Assembly (NCBI GenBank): GCA_963667725.2
Contig: CAXXHO010000005.1
Span: forward strand, 1,088,001 to 1,152,000
Direction: 5' to 3'
Source of the DNA: Treponemataceae bacterium
GTDB lineage: Bacteria; Spirochaetota; Spirochaetia; Treponematales; Rectinemataceae
DNA length: 64,000 bases
In this document: positions 17,954 to 28,500 of the stretch, in pieces
Layout of the letters: every line of letters begins with the position of its first letter
Numbering within the stretch: the first letter of the stretch is position 1
The notes under the pieces: model-generated
The model's database searches: none
Told to the model about the DNA's origin: nothing
The model's input: only the letters and a program-made list of their open reading frames with translations
Program-made: the position numbers and the translations under genes

Positions 17954-18925
17954 ATGCTCAGGAAACTTGTTTCGATCGCCGCGATCCTGCTTGTCGCCGT
18001 GAGTTTCGCGGGCGCCGCCCCCAAGTATAATTGGAAACTGGCCTCGGTTCTTCCGGACAGCCATCCGGTCCATCAGGCCCTCGTCTTCTTCGCCGACGAG
18101 CTCGCCAGGAAGAGCAATGGGGATATCAAGCTCCTGCTATTCCCTGCCGGCCAGCTGGGACAGGAAAAGGACTATATCGAAGCCATCAAGATCGGTTCGC
18201 TCGAATTCGCCAAGGTTTCATCCGGTCCCGTCGGGCAGTACGCGCCCACCTTCCAGGTCATATCCCTCCCCCTCATCTGGAGAAGCCTCGAGCACCAGCA
18301 TAACGTGCTGCAGGGAGCCATCGGCAAGCGCCTGATGGGCGACCTCGACAAGGCAGGCTACAAGGGCCTCGCCTTCATGGACGCCGGCTTCCGTTCGATC
18401 ACGGCATCCAAGCCCATCTATACCCCATCCGATCTGAAGGGCCTCAAGATCCGCGTCATGCAGTCCAAGCCCCTCATCGACACGGTCAACGCTCTCGGCG
18501 GCAACGCCGTCCCGATGGGTCAGTCCGAGGTTTACAGCGCGCTGCAGACCAAGGTCATCGACGGCTGGGAAAACAACGAGCCCACCGTCCTCTCCTTCAA
18601 CATGCAGGAAGTGGCCAAGTATTACAGCTATACGCGCCATTCGTCGATTCCCGATTTCCTCATGATGAACAAGAAACTTTTCGACAGTCTGCCCAAGAAT
18701 CTTCAGACCATAGTCGAGGAGACGGCCAAAGAGGCCATGCTCAAACATAACGAACTCTGGGGCAAGATGATCGACAAGACGGTATCCGACCTCAAGGCCA
18801 AGGGCATGATCTTCAACGAGGTGAAAGACGTAACGGAATTCCAGAAGGCTATAAGCGGCGTCTGGAAGGAATTCGAGCCGGTAGTCGGCAAGGATCTCAT
18901 AGACGCGATCGTGGCTGCCAAGTAA
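17954..18925 (+). CDS. dctP: TRAP transporter substrate-binding protein
   Basis: Signal peptide; FPAGQLG, GFRS, DLKGLKIRVM, EVYSALQTKVIDGWENN. Confidence 0.92.
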   Translation: MLRKLVSIAAILLVAVSFAGAAPKYNWKLASVLPDSHPVHQALVFFADELARKSNGDIKLLLFPAGQLGQEKDYIEAIKIGSLEFAKVSSGPVGQYAPTFQVISLPLIWRSLEHQHNVLQGAIGKRLMGDLDKAGYKGLAFMDAGFRSITASKPIYTPSDLKGLKIRVMQSKPLIDTVNALGGNAVPMGQSEVYSALQTKVIDGWENNEPTVLSFNMQEVAKYYSYTRHSSIPDFLMMNKKLFDSLPKNLQTIVEETAKEAMLKHNELWGKMIDKTVSDLKAKGMIFNEVKDVTEFQKAISGVWKEFEPVVGKDLIDAIVAAK

Positions 18926-18953
18926 AGATCGCCTATCTCTAGCGGAACATTCT

Positions 18954-18997
18954 CGAAACGTTGGGCGGCGGCCTTAAGGCCGCCGCCCAACGTTTCG
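18954..18997. repeat. Perfect 44-bp palindrome between dctP and dctQ
   Basis: CGAAACGTTGGGCGGCGGCCTT|AAGGCCGCCGCCCAACGTTTCG; no U-tract. Confidence 0.9.
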
Positions 18998-19030
18998 GAG
19001 CACTCAACCCCTCGCGTCATGGAGGCTTTC

Positions 19031-19549
19031 ATGCAGGATCTCGTTTCCAGGATTCTCGGCAGGATGGAACGCGTACTTACGGGCTTTGCCGCCGCCATCA
19101 TGGCCGCGCTTTCCCTCATCGTGTGCTGGCAGGTTTTCGCCCGCTATATCCTGCAGAAAAGCCCTGTCTGGGTAGAAGAGTTTTCGGTGACGGCTATCAT
19201 GTGGATAGGGCTTCTTGGCGCGGCGTCGGCCGTCTGGACGGGCGATCACATGAGGCTGGAGCTGGTCGCGAAGCGCTTGCCCAAGCGGCTTGGCGTCATC
19301 CTTGAGGTTCTCATCGACGCGTCGATCGGCTATTTTTCCATCTTCCTATTCAAGCACGGATGGGTTCTCACGGAGGCGATGTGGACGAGCCGTATGTCCA
19401 CGATACCGCTGCCTTTGGGGCTCACCTATCTGGTCCTGCCGATCGCGGCGGCTTTCATGATTGTTTTCGCCGTTTTCAGGGTGGCGGTGAAGATCCTCCA
19501 GGCTTCGAAAAAAGGTTCCGCAGAAGGAGGAAACGACAATGCCCGTTGA
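19031..19549 (+). CDS. dctQ: TRAP transporter small permease
   Basis: QVFARY...WVEE...W...LGA...HM pattern; about 4 TM segments; GGAGG 5 nt before ATG 19031. Confidence 0.9.
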   Translation: MQDLVSRILGRMERVLTGFAAAIMAALSLIVCWQVFARYILQKSPVWVEEFSVTAIMWIGLLGAASAVWTGDHMRLELVAKRLPKRLGVILEVLIDASIGYFSIFLFKHGWVLTEAMWTSRMSTIPLPLGLTYLVLPIAAAFMIVFAVFRVAVKILQASKKGSAEGGNDNAR

Positions 19550-20822
19550 AATCGTCCTCCTCGGTTCATTCGCGGTGCTCATTCTCCTCGGGATTCCCAT
19601 CTCGTTCAGCCTCGGGATTTCGTCGCTTCTGGCGGCCAACGCCACGGGAATGGGACCGGCCGTAATCGCGCAACGTGTCGCGGCGAGCATGCAGTCCTTT
19701 CCCCTTCTGGCCATTCCTCTCTTCATACTGGCCGGCTCCATAATGGCCAAGGGCGGGGTGGCTAAAAGGATGGTTGACCTGGCCTATGTCCTGGTGGGGC
19801 CGCTTCCCGGCGGGCTCGCCATCGTCAACTGCATCGAATCGATGTTTTTCGGCGGCGTGTCGGGCTCGGCGGTGGCCGATGTCTCGTCCACCGGAAGCAT
19901 CATGATCCCGATGATGGTGGAGAAAGGATACGACAGGGATTTTTCGGTGGCTGTAACGGTCGCGTCGGCGAGTCAGGGAATCATCATCCCGCCCTCGCAC
20001 AATATGGTAATCTACGCGATGGTGGCAGGGAGCGTATCGGTAGGCAGGCTTTTCCTGGCGGGGTATATTCCGGGCATCGCGCTTGGGCTCAGCCTTTCCA
20101 TCGCCTGTTTCATCATCGCCCTCAAGAAGAAATATCCCTGCGAGAAGAGGCCGCCTTTCAGACAGAGCCTTCGCATAATAATTGACGGGATTTTCGCGCT
20201 CATATCGGCCCTCATCATCGTCGTGGGAATCGCGGCGGGCATCTTCACGGCCACGGAGGCTTCGGCCGTATCGGTCATGTATGCCGCCTTCCTGGGCTTC
20301 GTGGTCTACAAAGAACTCAAGCTGAAAGATCTCTGGCCCATCCTGATGGAATCGGTCAAGACGACGGCCATCGTTCTATTTCTCATCGGCTGCGCCTCGG
20401 CTTTCGGCTGGATGATGACCTACCTGCGAATTCCCGCCGCCGTGATGAATTTCTTCCTTGGCCTTACCCAGAACCGATTCCTCATCCTTCTGCTCGTGAA
20501 CATCCTGCTTCTGTTTTTAGGCATGGTGATGGACGTGGCGCCGCTTATCGTCATCGTGACTCCCGTCCTCCTGCCCGTCGTAAAAGCGGCGGGCATGAGC
20601 GAGATCACTTTCGGCATCATGCTGATGCTGAACCTGGGCATCGGGCTGACGACGCCTCCTGTGGGCGCCAGCCTTTTCGTCGGCTGCATGGTGGGAAAGA
20701 CGACGATAGAAAAAGTGAGCAAGGCCATGCTGCCGCTCTGGCCGGCTATGTTCGCCGTGTTGTTCCTGATCACCTATGTGCCCTGGTTCACCGAATTCCT
20801 GCCCAACATGTTCATGAAGTAA
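19539..20822 (+). CDS. dctM: TRAP transporter large permease
   Basis: SFPLLAIPLFILAG, FGGVSGSAVAD, IIPPSHN, TATEAS, GLTTPPVG. Confidence 0.93.
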   Translation: MPVEIVLLGSFAVLILLGIPISFSLGISSLLAANATGMGPAVIAQRVAASMQSFPLLAIPLFILAGSIMAKGGVAKRMVDLAYVLVGPLPGGLAIVNCIESMFFGGVSGSAVADVSSTGSIMIPMMVEKGYDRDFSVAVTVASASQGIIIPPSHNMVIYAMVAGSVSVGRLFLAGYIPGIALGLSLSIACFIIALKKKYPCEKRPPFRQSLRIIIDGIFALISALIIVVGIAAGIFTATEASAVSVMYAAFLGFVVYKELKLKDLWPILMESVKTTAIVLFLIGCASAFGWMMTYLRIPAAVMNFFLGLTQNRFLILLLVNILLLFLGMVMDVAPLIVIVTPVLLPVVKAAGMSEITFGIMLMLNLGIGLTTPPVGASLFVGCMVGKTTIEKVSKAMLPLWPAMFAVLFLITYVPWFTEFLPNMFMK

Positions 20823-20836
20823 ACGTTTATGAAGGG

Positions 20837-22405
<1,569 letters not shown>

Positions 22406-22483
22406 CTACGCTTCCTTCCTCAGCCCTGGCGGGCCGATAATTACCGAGGTAAGAAGGAGTACCACAAGCGCGGTTCGTGCCAT
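22406..22483 (-). CDS. ilvC leader (attenuator) peptide MARTALVVLLLTSVIIGPPGLRKEA
   Basis: 25-aa ORF with Leu/Val/Ile runs just upstream of the terminator; its GAAGGAAG is complementary to CTTCCTTC in the hairpin. Below the ORF-track size cut-off. Confidence 0.85.
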   Translation of the reverse strand: MARTALVVLLLTSVIIGPPGLRKEA

Positions 22484-22494
22484 GATTTCTGGAA

Positions 22495-22523
22495 TTTGTA
22501 GACTAGTGCCCTCATGCTGTCAA
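22495..22523 (-). promoter_or_regulatory. Promoter of ilvC leader
   Basis: TTGACA - 17 - TACAAA - 11 nt - ATG. Confidence 0.55.
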
Positions 22524-22580
22524 GGCCTAAAAGCCCGACATCGTATAAATATGATAAAAATTGGAATTTGCATTCAGCTC

Positions 22581-22609
22581 TTGACAAGGGAATGCCGTCC
22601 GTATATTAA
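22581..22609 (+). promoter_or_regulatory. Promoter of ilvB leader
   Basis: TTGACA - 17 - TATTAA - 11 nt - ATG (alternative -10 TATATT at 15-bp spacing). Confidence 0.55.
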
Positions 22610-22620
22610 TCAATACACTT

Positions 22621-22698
22621 ATGGTACGTGTATCGCAGGTAGTCGTAATTATTATTTCCTCCATTATTATTCCCGAAAGGAATACGAAGGAAGTATAG
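22621..22698 (+). CDS. ilvB leader (attenuator) peptide MVRVSQVVVIIISSIIIPERNTKEV
   Basis: 25-aa ORF with 6 Ile (all ATT) and 6 Val; CGAAGGAAG can pair with CTTCCTTCG of the downstream terminator. Confidence 0.88.
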   Translation: MVRVSQVVVIIISSIIIPERNTKEV

Positions 22699-22719
22699 AC
22701 TGCCGGTCGCGATGCGACG

Positions 22720-22760
22720 AAGAGGCCGTTCTTCCTTCGGGAAGGACGGCCTCTTTTTTT
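22720..22760 (+). terminator. Attenuator terminator upstream of ilvB
   Basis: AAGAGGCCGTTCTTCC-TTCG-GGAAGGACGGCCTCTT followed by a T run. Confidence 0.88.
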
Positions 22761-22776
22761 ATCTGAAAGGAGCCGG

Positions 22777-24558
22777 ATGGTGATGAGAAGTGGAGCCGAA
22801 ATGATCGTCGAAGCCCTGCGCCGGGAAAAGGTCGACACGGTATTCGGATACCCGGGCGGCGCCGTCATTCCTATTTTCGACGCTCTCTACGACGCGCGCG
22901 ACATCCGCGTGATACTTGTCCGGCATGAGCAGGCGGCTGTCCATGCCGCCGACGGCTACGCGAGGGCTACGGGCAGGGTGGGCGTCTGCATCGCCACGAG
23001 CGGTCCAGGCGCCACCAATACCGTCACAGGCTTGGCCACAGCCCGCTTCGATTCCGTTCCCCTCGTCTGCGTTACCGGCCAGGTTTCCCGCGCCCTGATC
23101 GGCAACGACGCTTTCCAGGAGGCCGACACCATCGGGATTACCCAGCCGGTGACGAAGCACAATTATCTCGTCATGAAGCGAAGCGCCCTGGGGGCGATGC
23201 TGAAGCAGTCCTTCCATATCGCGGTGAGCGGCCGCCCCGGACCCGTCGTCATCGATGTTCCCAAGGATATACAGCTCGAGGCCCTGGACGATCAGTATCC
23301 CGACAAGGTGGCGATCCGCGGCTATAAGCCCGCGAGCCGCGCGCCTCGCGAACAGGTGGAAGCCCTCGCAGCGGCGATATCCGAGGCGAGGCGGCCGCTT
23401 TTCTTCGTAGGCGGGGGCATGGTGATCTCCGGCTCGGCGTCGGTCTTCGCGAAGATTCTCGAGGCTACGGGCATTCCCTTCGTCACTTCCCTCATGGGCA
23501 TCGGCCTCGTCGCCTCGAGTCATCCCCTGAACCTGGGGATGATCGGCATGCATGGAAGCATCGAGGCGAACAAGGCCCTTACCGCCTGCGATCTCCTCGT
23601 GGGCCTGGGCACGCGTTTCGACGACAGGGCGACGGGCAACACCGCCCGCTTCGCTCCCCGGGCGAAAATCGCCCATGTGGACATCGATCCCACATCCATC
23701 GGACGGAATCTGCGCGTCGATTTCCCCGTAGAGGGAGACTTGAGGCTTGTGCTTGGCGATCTGGCGCCTTCGCTCGCGGCGGGAGACGGGCGGCCGGATT
23801 GGATCGGGGAGGTTGAGGGCTACAGGCGGCTGGCGCGGGATTTCGAGGCGCGCTTCGCGGATGCTGACTCGGCCGAGCGGCCGCCCTCGCCCAGGGAAGT
23901 CCTCTCGGCCGTCAACGAACTTCTTCCCGGCGCTCTTATCGCCACCGAGGTCGGGCAGAACCAGATGTGGGCGGCCCAATACCTCGCCTTCGACCGGCCG
24001 CGACGTTGGCTGACATCGGGAGGCCTGGGCACGATGGGCTATGGTTTCCCGGCTGGGATGGGCGCCCAGGTGGCCTTCCCGGCGGATACGGTGGTGGTGA
24101 TCGCGGGAGACGGTTCTTTCCAAATGAACATTCAGGAGCTGGCGACCTGCGTTCAGGAAAACATTCCCCTCATCGTCGTCGTGATGAACAACGGTTATCT
24201 CGGCATGGTGAGGCAGTGGCAGGAGCTGTTCTTCGAGCGGCGCTATTCGTCAGTCTGCCTCCAGTCCCGCAGGGGTAGCGACGGGAAATGCGACAGGGGC
24301 TGCGGGAAGGACAGCGCGGCGCTCGATGGGTGCTGTCCACCCTATTCTCCCGACTTCGTTGCCATCGCCAGGGCTTACGGCGCCCTGGGTTACGGCGCCT
24401 CCACCCCGGGGGAATTCCGCGACGCCCTCCTCGCGGCGAAAAACGCGCGCCGCCCGGCTGTCATCGACTGCCGGATCGGCCGGGAGGAAAATGTGTGGCC
24501 CATCGTCGCCCCCGGCAAGGGAAACGACGAGATGACGTATAAAGGGGTTTTGGTATGA
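22777..24558 (+). CDS. ilvB: Acetolactate synthase large subunit
   Basis: FGYPGGA, RHEQAAVHAADGYAR, TSGPGATN, GNDAFQEAD, TSGGLGTMGYG, GDGSFQMN, LGMVRQWQ. Confidence 0.95.
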   Translation: MVMRSGAEMIVEALRREKVDTVFGYPGGAVIPIFDALYDARDIRVILVRHEQAAVHAADGYARATGRVGVCIATSGPGATNTVTGLATARFDSVPLVCVTGQVSRALIGNDAFQEADTIGITQPVTKHNYLVMKRSALGAMLKQSFHIAVSGRPGPVVIDVPKDIQLEALDDQYPDKVAIRGYKPASRAPREQVEALAAAISEARRPLFFVGGGMVISGSASVFAKILEATGIPFVTSLMGIGLVASSHPLNLGMIGMHGSIEANKALTACDLLVGLGTRFDDRATGNTARFAPRAKIAHVDIDPTSIGRNLRVDFPVEGDLRLVLGDLAPSLAAGDGRPDWIGEVEGYRRLARDFEARFADADSAERPPSPREVLSAVNELLPGALIATEVGQNQMWAAQYLAFDRPRRWLTSGGLGTMGYGFPAGMGAQVAFPADTVVVIAGDGSFQMNIQELATCVQENIPLIVVVMNNGYLGMVRQWQELFFERRYSSVCLQSRRGSDGKCDRGCGKDSAALDGCCPPYSPDFVAIARAYGALGYGASTPGEFRDALLAAKNARRPAVIDCRIGREENVWPIVAPGKGNDEMTYKGVLV

Positions 24559-24803
24559 CACATGTGGTATCGCTGCTCGTGGAAAATCGCGAAGGGGTTC
24601 TGTCGCGCATCGCGAGACTTTTTGACGGCAGGGACTATAGGCTTGAAAGCCTCATGACCTCAGCTGCCGACGAGCCCGAGACGAGTCGGATGACCCTCGT
24701 GGTCAGCGGGGCTCTGGCGGCGGTCGATAAGGTCGAGAAACAGCTCCGCAAGTTGATTGACGTTATCGAAGTGGATGTCGTCCACGATGTCGCGGCGATC
24801 TGA
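24555..24803 (+). CDS. ilvN: Acetolactate synthase small subunit (ACT domain only)
   Basis: SLLVENREGVLSRIARLF...ESL...SRMT...KQLRKLIDVIEV; ATGA overlap with ilvB. Confidence 0.88.
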   Translation: MTHVVSLLVENREGVLSRIARLFDGRDYRLESLMTSAADEPETSRMTLVVSGALAAVDKVEKQLRKLIDVIEVDVVHDVAAI

Positions 24804-24813
24804 GGCGGCGCTT

Positions 24814-25239
24814 CTAGGCCTTAGCCTCTTCGATGAAATTTTTCACGGCGTTTTCGATCATGTCGCGTATGCGGCGCGTTTCTTCCATTTTTTCCGAATC
24901 GCTTCCCGCGAGCGCGGAAGGGTCGGGAAAGGGCCAATGCAGTTTTCTGTGTCGGCCCGGAAAAATCGGGCAACGTTCGGCCGCTTCCTTGGAGCATACG
25001 GTGACGACGACGTCGTAACGCCTTCCCTCGGCGGCGAAATCGAATACGCTTTTAGTGACGTTGCGCGATATGTCGATGCCGACTTCGGCCATGGCGCGCA
25101 CAACGTAAGGATTGAGCTTGCCCGGCTCAATGCCGGCGCTCTCCGCCTCGAATTTTCCCCCGCCGTAGTTCTTCAGGAAGGCTTCCGCCATCTGACTGCG
25201 CGCGGAATTATGGACGCACAGAAAGAGGACTCTCGTCAT
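24814..25239 (-). CDS. arsC: Arsenate reductase, thioredoxin-coupled LMWP family
   Basis: CX5R P-loop [13 protein letters not shown]; resolving cysteines VTVC...[15 protein letters not shown]. Confidence 0.9.
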   Translation of the reverse strand: MTRVLFLCVHNSARSQMAEAFLKNYGGGKFEAESAGIEPGKLNPYVVRAMAEVGIDISRNVTKSVFDFAAEGRRYDVVVTVCSKEAAERCPIFPGRHRKLHWPFPDPSALAGSDSEKMEETRRIRDMIENAVKNFIEEAKA

Positions 25240-26342
25240 GGTCGATCCTTCGGAGCGCCAGAGGGCCGCTCGGCGCCAGCCTTAGCCCCGGCGCCAGCAC
25301 CAACCTGCTCGGGGAACCAGTGTTTCGTGCGCTTCGCTATGGAGACGAGATGGAGCATGACGGGCACCTCGGTGAGGACGCCCACCGTGGTGGCGAGGGC
25401 GGCGCCCGACGATAACCCGAAGAGGCTGATGGCCACGGCGACTGCCAGTTCGAAGAAATTGGATGCCCCGATCATGCCGGCGGGCGCCGCCACGGCGTAG
25501 GGAACCTTCCACAGCTTCGCCCAGCCATAGCCGATCCAGAAGATCAGATAGGTCTGCAGTATGAGGGGCACGGCGATGAGGAGTATCGTCAGCGGATGCG
25601 AGAGAATGGTTTCGCCCTGGAAGGCGAAAAGGATGACGAGGGTGGCCAAGAGTCCGGTTATCGTCACGCCGTCGAATTTCTTGCAGAACACAGTCTCAAA
25701 CCATTCGAGGCCCCGTCGTTTCACGAGGTAGTGCCGCGTCAGGTAGCCTAGGCTCAAGGGGATGACGACGAAAAGGACCACCGAGAGGATGAGGGTATCG
25801 AGGGGTACATGAACGTTCGAAACGCCCAGGAGAAATGACACGATGGGCACGAAGGCGATGAGAATGACGAGGTCGTTGATCGCCACCTGGATGACGGTAT
25901 AGGCGGGATCCCCGTCGGAGAGATAGGACCAGACGAAGACCATGGCTGTGCAGGGCGCGGCGCCCAGCAGCACAGCTCCTGCGATGTAGTCGGTCGAGGC
26001 GTCGGCGGGGATCAGTCCCTTGAAGATCACTTTCAGGAAGAGCCAGGCTATGGCGTACATGGTGAAGGGCTTTATGAGCCAGTTGACGACGAGGGTGATG
26101 GCGAGGCCCTTGGGCTTGCGCCCGGCGTTCCTGATGCTCTGGAAGTCGACCTTCAGCATCATGGGATAGATCATGAGCCATATGAGAACGGCTACGGGGA
26201 TTGAAACGTGGGCGTACTCGAGCTTGTTGAGAAAAGCCGGAACGCCGGGCAGGAGTCTCCCGATGGCGACGCCGGCCACGATGCAGAGGAATACCCAGAG
26301 TGAAAGGTACTTCTGAAAAAAGCCGATCCGCTTTTCGGACAT
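25236..26342 (-). CDS. acr3: Acr3 arsenite efflux transporter
   Basis: [49 protein letters not shown]. Confidence 0.95.
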   Translation of the reverse strand: MSEKRIGFFQKYLSLWVFLCIVAGVAIGRLLPGVPAFLNKLEYAHVSIPVAVLIWLMIYPMMLKVDFQSIRNAGRKPKGLAITLVVNWLIKPFTMYAIAWLFLKVIFKGLIPADASTDYIAGAVLLGAAPCTAMVFVWSYLSDGDPAYTVIQVAINDLVILIAFVPIVSFLLGVSNVHVPLDTLILSVVLFVVIPLSLGYLTRHYLVKRRGLEWFETVFCKKFDGVTITGLLATLVILFAFQGETILSHPLTILLIAVPLILQTYLIFWIGYGWAKLWKVPYAVAAPAGMIGASNFFELAVAVAISLFGLSSGAALATTVGVLTEVPVMLHLVSIAKRTKHWFPEQVGAGAGAKAGAERPSGAPKDRP

Positions 26343-26375
26343 GACTGCTCCTTTTGAAATCGCGCTAACCTTATA

Positions 26376-26453
26376 TTGGCGATTCTACCAAATGTAGAAG
26401 ACTAGTCAAGAGCTCTTCATTGACAGCCTGCTTATTTTTGGCGAAAATGCCAA
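26376..26453. promoter_or_regulatory. Divergent acr3/arsR1 promoters with two copies of a TTGGC-n6-(A/G)CCAA operator
   Basis: TTGGCGATTCTACCAA (26376-26391) and TTGGCGAAAATGCCAA (26438-26453), each over a -10: minus strand TTGACT-16-TAGAAT, plus strand TTGACA-17-GAAAAT. Confidence 0.65.
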
Positions 26454-26458
26454 TCAAG

Positions 26459-26806
26459 ATGGACACAAACGAGAAAGCCCTGCATGAGCGGCGGGTACAG
26501 GTTCTCAAGGCCCTCGCCCATTCTTCGCGGCTCTATATCGTGATGAGGCTTGCGGATCGGGAAGCCAGCGTCGGCGAACTCACCGGCGAGATAGGCGCCG
26601 ATATATCGACGGTTTCGAAACATCTGGCGGTCTTAAGGTCAGCCGGACTCGTGGCTGACCGACGGGAAGGGCAGACGGTGCTATATTCGCTGTCCTGCAC
26701 CTGCATCCTGGATTTTCTTCATTGTATCGATGCGGTCGCTCCCGCTGACGAGACGGGGATACGACGAGGCTCAACCTGCGGGATCATGAAATCTGGGATT
26801 GAATGA
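26459..26806 (+). CDS. arsR: ArsR/SmtB-family repressor (arsR1)
   Basis: LKALAHSSRL...SVGEL...ISTVSKHLAVLRSAGLV..RREG; C-terminal CTC...C cysteines. Exact start uncertain. Confidence 0.88.
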   Translation: MDTNEKALHERRVQVLKALAHSSRLYIVMRLADREASVGELTGEIGADISTVSKHLAVLRSAGLVADRREGQTVLYSLSCTCILDFLHCIDAVAPADETGIRRGSTCGIMKSGIE

Positions 26807-27119
26807 GCAGGTCCAGTCTTTTCTTGCGTTCGGCGATGATAGCCGATTCGGCGCAGGCGCCCAGCTCAAGGACGCATGGGGCGGTGAGCCTGTACTCGAC
26901 GAGCGTTCCCCGTTTTTCGATATCGACCAGTCCGACATTTTTCAGTTGAGAAAGATGTTTCGAGGCCACGGACTTGTCGATTCCCGCTTCGATCGCCAGT
27001 TCGCACACGCACCAGGGGCGTACGCGCAGCTTTTCGAGGAGGAAGAGCCGCATCGGATGGGAGAGCGCCTTGAACATCTCGGCTCTCAATAGGTATCGCT
27101 GCAGAATTTTTTCATCCAT
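26784..27119 (-). CDS. arsR: ArsR/SmtB-family repressor (arsR2)
   Basis: FKALSHPMRL...WCVCEL (alpha3 CxC)...SKHLSQLKNVGLV; convergent with arsR1, overlapping by 23 bp. Confidence 0.88.
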   Translation of the reverse strand: MDEKILQRYLLRAEMFKALSHPMRLFLLEKLRVRPWCVCELAIEAGIDKSVASKHLSQLKNVGLVDIEKRGTLVEYRLTAPCVLELGACAESAIIAERKKRLDLLIQSQIS

Positions 27120-27127
27120 TGTGTTAA

Positions 27128-27200
27128 TGTTGCAATGTTTCGAAACAAATGTCAACAGAGGTCTTGACTTTTCAATGCAAAGTTTCCACAATTAGAAACA
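27128..27200. promoter_or_regulatory. Divergent arsR2/permease promoters with two copies of a GTT(T/G)C-n8-GAAAC operator
   Basis: TGTTGCAATGTTTCGAAACA (27128-27147) and AGTTTCCACAATTAGAAACA (27181-27200); plus strand TTGACT-17-CACAAT, minus strand TTGACA-17-CAACAT. Confidence 0.65.
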
Positions 27201-27210
27201 AGAGGTGCTC

Positions 27211-27693
27211 ATGGATACGATATTTCTCTATGTCCTTGCCGGGGCGGGGCTTCTCGTCTCGCTCGTCAAGGATCGGACAAAGACTAGGACTGCCATGAAA
27301 AAAGCCTTCAAGGCTTTCGAGAATATCCTTCCGCAGTTCTTTGTGGTGCTTGTGTTGGTATCCATCGCTCTAGCCGTGCTCGACACGGCGATGATCTCCC
27401 GATTCCTGGGAAGCAATTCAGGGATCTGGGGGCTTTTAGGCGCTTCCCTCGTCGGCGCGATAACGCTGATCCCCGGATTCGTAGCCTTTCCCGCGGCGGC
27501 TGCTTTGCTTAAGGGAGGCGCGGGCGTTACCCAGATCGCGGCCTTTGTCTCGAGCCTGATGATGGTCGGGGTGGTAACCCTGCCAATGGAGATCAAGTAT
27601 TTCGGTAAACGCGCCGCGCTCCTCCGGAACGGATTCGCCTTCATCTTTTCCCTTGTGGCCGCGCTCTTCGTCGGATGGGTGGTGGGATCATGA
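27211..27693 (+). CDS. Half-size ArsP/DUF318-like permease subunit
   Basis: Hydrophobic; GAITLIPGFVAFP...AAFVSSLMMVGVVTLPMEIKYFG...RN; GAGG before ATG 27211. Confidence 0.75.
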   Translation: MDTIFLYVLAGAGLLVSLVKDRTKTRTAMKKAFKAFENILPQFFVVLVLVSIALAVLDTAMISRFLGSNSGIWGLLGASLVGAITLIPGFVAFPAAAALLKGGAGVTQIAAFVSSLMMVGVVTLPMEIKYFGKRAALLRNGFAFIFSLVAALFVGWVVGS

Positions 27694-28226
27694 ATATACC
27701 TATGAAACGATACATGGGCGCGATCGTCGCGACGATCGGATTCGCCGCGTTTATACTCTTTATACCGGATTACCGCGACAAGGCTTTCTCTACCCTGGCA
27801 TTCCAGGTCAAGACGATGCTTCTCGTCATCCCTCCCATTTTCATCCTTCTGGGATTGCTCGATGTGTGGGTGCCGCGGGAGAAGATGATACGCTATATGG
27901 GCGAAAAGTCGGGATGGAAGGGGACGTTTATCGCCTTCCTTCTGGGATCCTTCGCCGCGGGGCCTCTGTATGGCGCATTCCCCTTCGCGGCCGTGCTGAT
28001 GAAGAAGGGCGCTAGCTTCATGAACATATTGATTTTCATCGGCGCCTGGTCAACGACCAAAATACCCATGCTTTTATTCGAAAGCTCGGCTTTGGGGATG
28101 AAGTTTGCCCTCTCCCGCCTGGCGATCGATATCGTGGGGATCATCATCATCGCCTTCGCGATCCGCAAGGCTTTGCCGAAGAAAGAAGTTGAGCGCCTCT
28201 ATGCAGAGGCGGAGAAATTGAGCTGA
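27690..28226 (+). CDS. Half-size ArsP/DUF318-like permease subunit
   Basis: PPIFILLGLLDVWVPRE...GSFAAGPLYGAFP...IGAWSTTKIPMLLFE; ATGA overlap with the upstream gene. Confidence 0.75.
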   Translation: MNIPMKRYMGAIVATIGFAAFILFIPDYRDKAFSTLAFQVKTMLLVIPPIFILLGLLDVWVPREKMIRYMGEKSGWKGTFIAFLLGSFAAGPLYGAFPFAAVLMKKGASFMNILIFIGAWSTTKIPMLLFESSALGMKFALSRLAIDIVGIIIIAFAIRKALPKKEVERLYAEAEKLS

Positions 28227-28248
28227 ACTTTACCTTATGGAGGTTGTC

Positions 28249-28500
28249 ATGAAAGTACAGATTCTTGGTTCCGGCTGCCCGAAATGCAAGCTTCTTGAGC
28301 AGCATGCCCGCGAGGCCGTGGCCGAACTCGGCATCCAGGCCGATATCGAAAAGGTCACGGACATCGATGCGATCATGGAGATGGGCGTGATGATGACGCC
28401 GGCTCTCGCGATCGACGGCGACGTGAAGAGCGTCGGACGCGTGCTCACGAAGGAGCAGGTGGCTTCCTATCTCCAGGGAGGCAAATTCCATGCCCTGTAA
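28249..28500 (+). CDS. Small redox-active disulfide protein (MTH895-like thioredoxin family)
   Basis: ILGSGCPKC...EKVTD...GVMMTPALAIDG; GGAGG before ATG 28249. Confidence 0.88.
   Translation: MKVQILGSGCPKCKLLEQHAREAVAELGIQADIEKVTDIDAIMEMGVMMTPALAIDGDVKSVGRVLTKEQVASYLQGGKFHAL

Noticed and set aside
24555..24803. ilvN as a truncated pseudogene
   Set aside because: ACT-only small subunits of this size are a known form, and the gene is coupled to ilvB with a clean stop.
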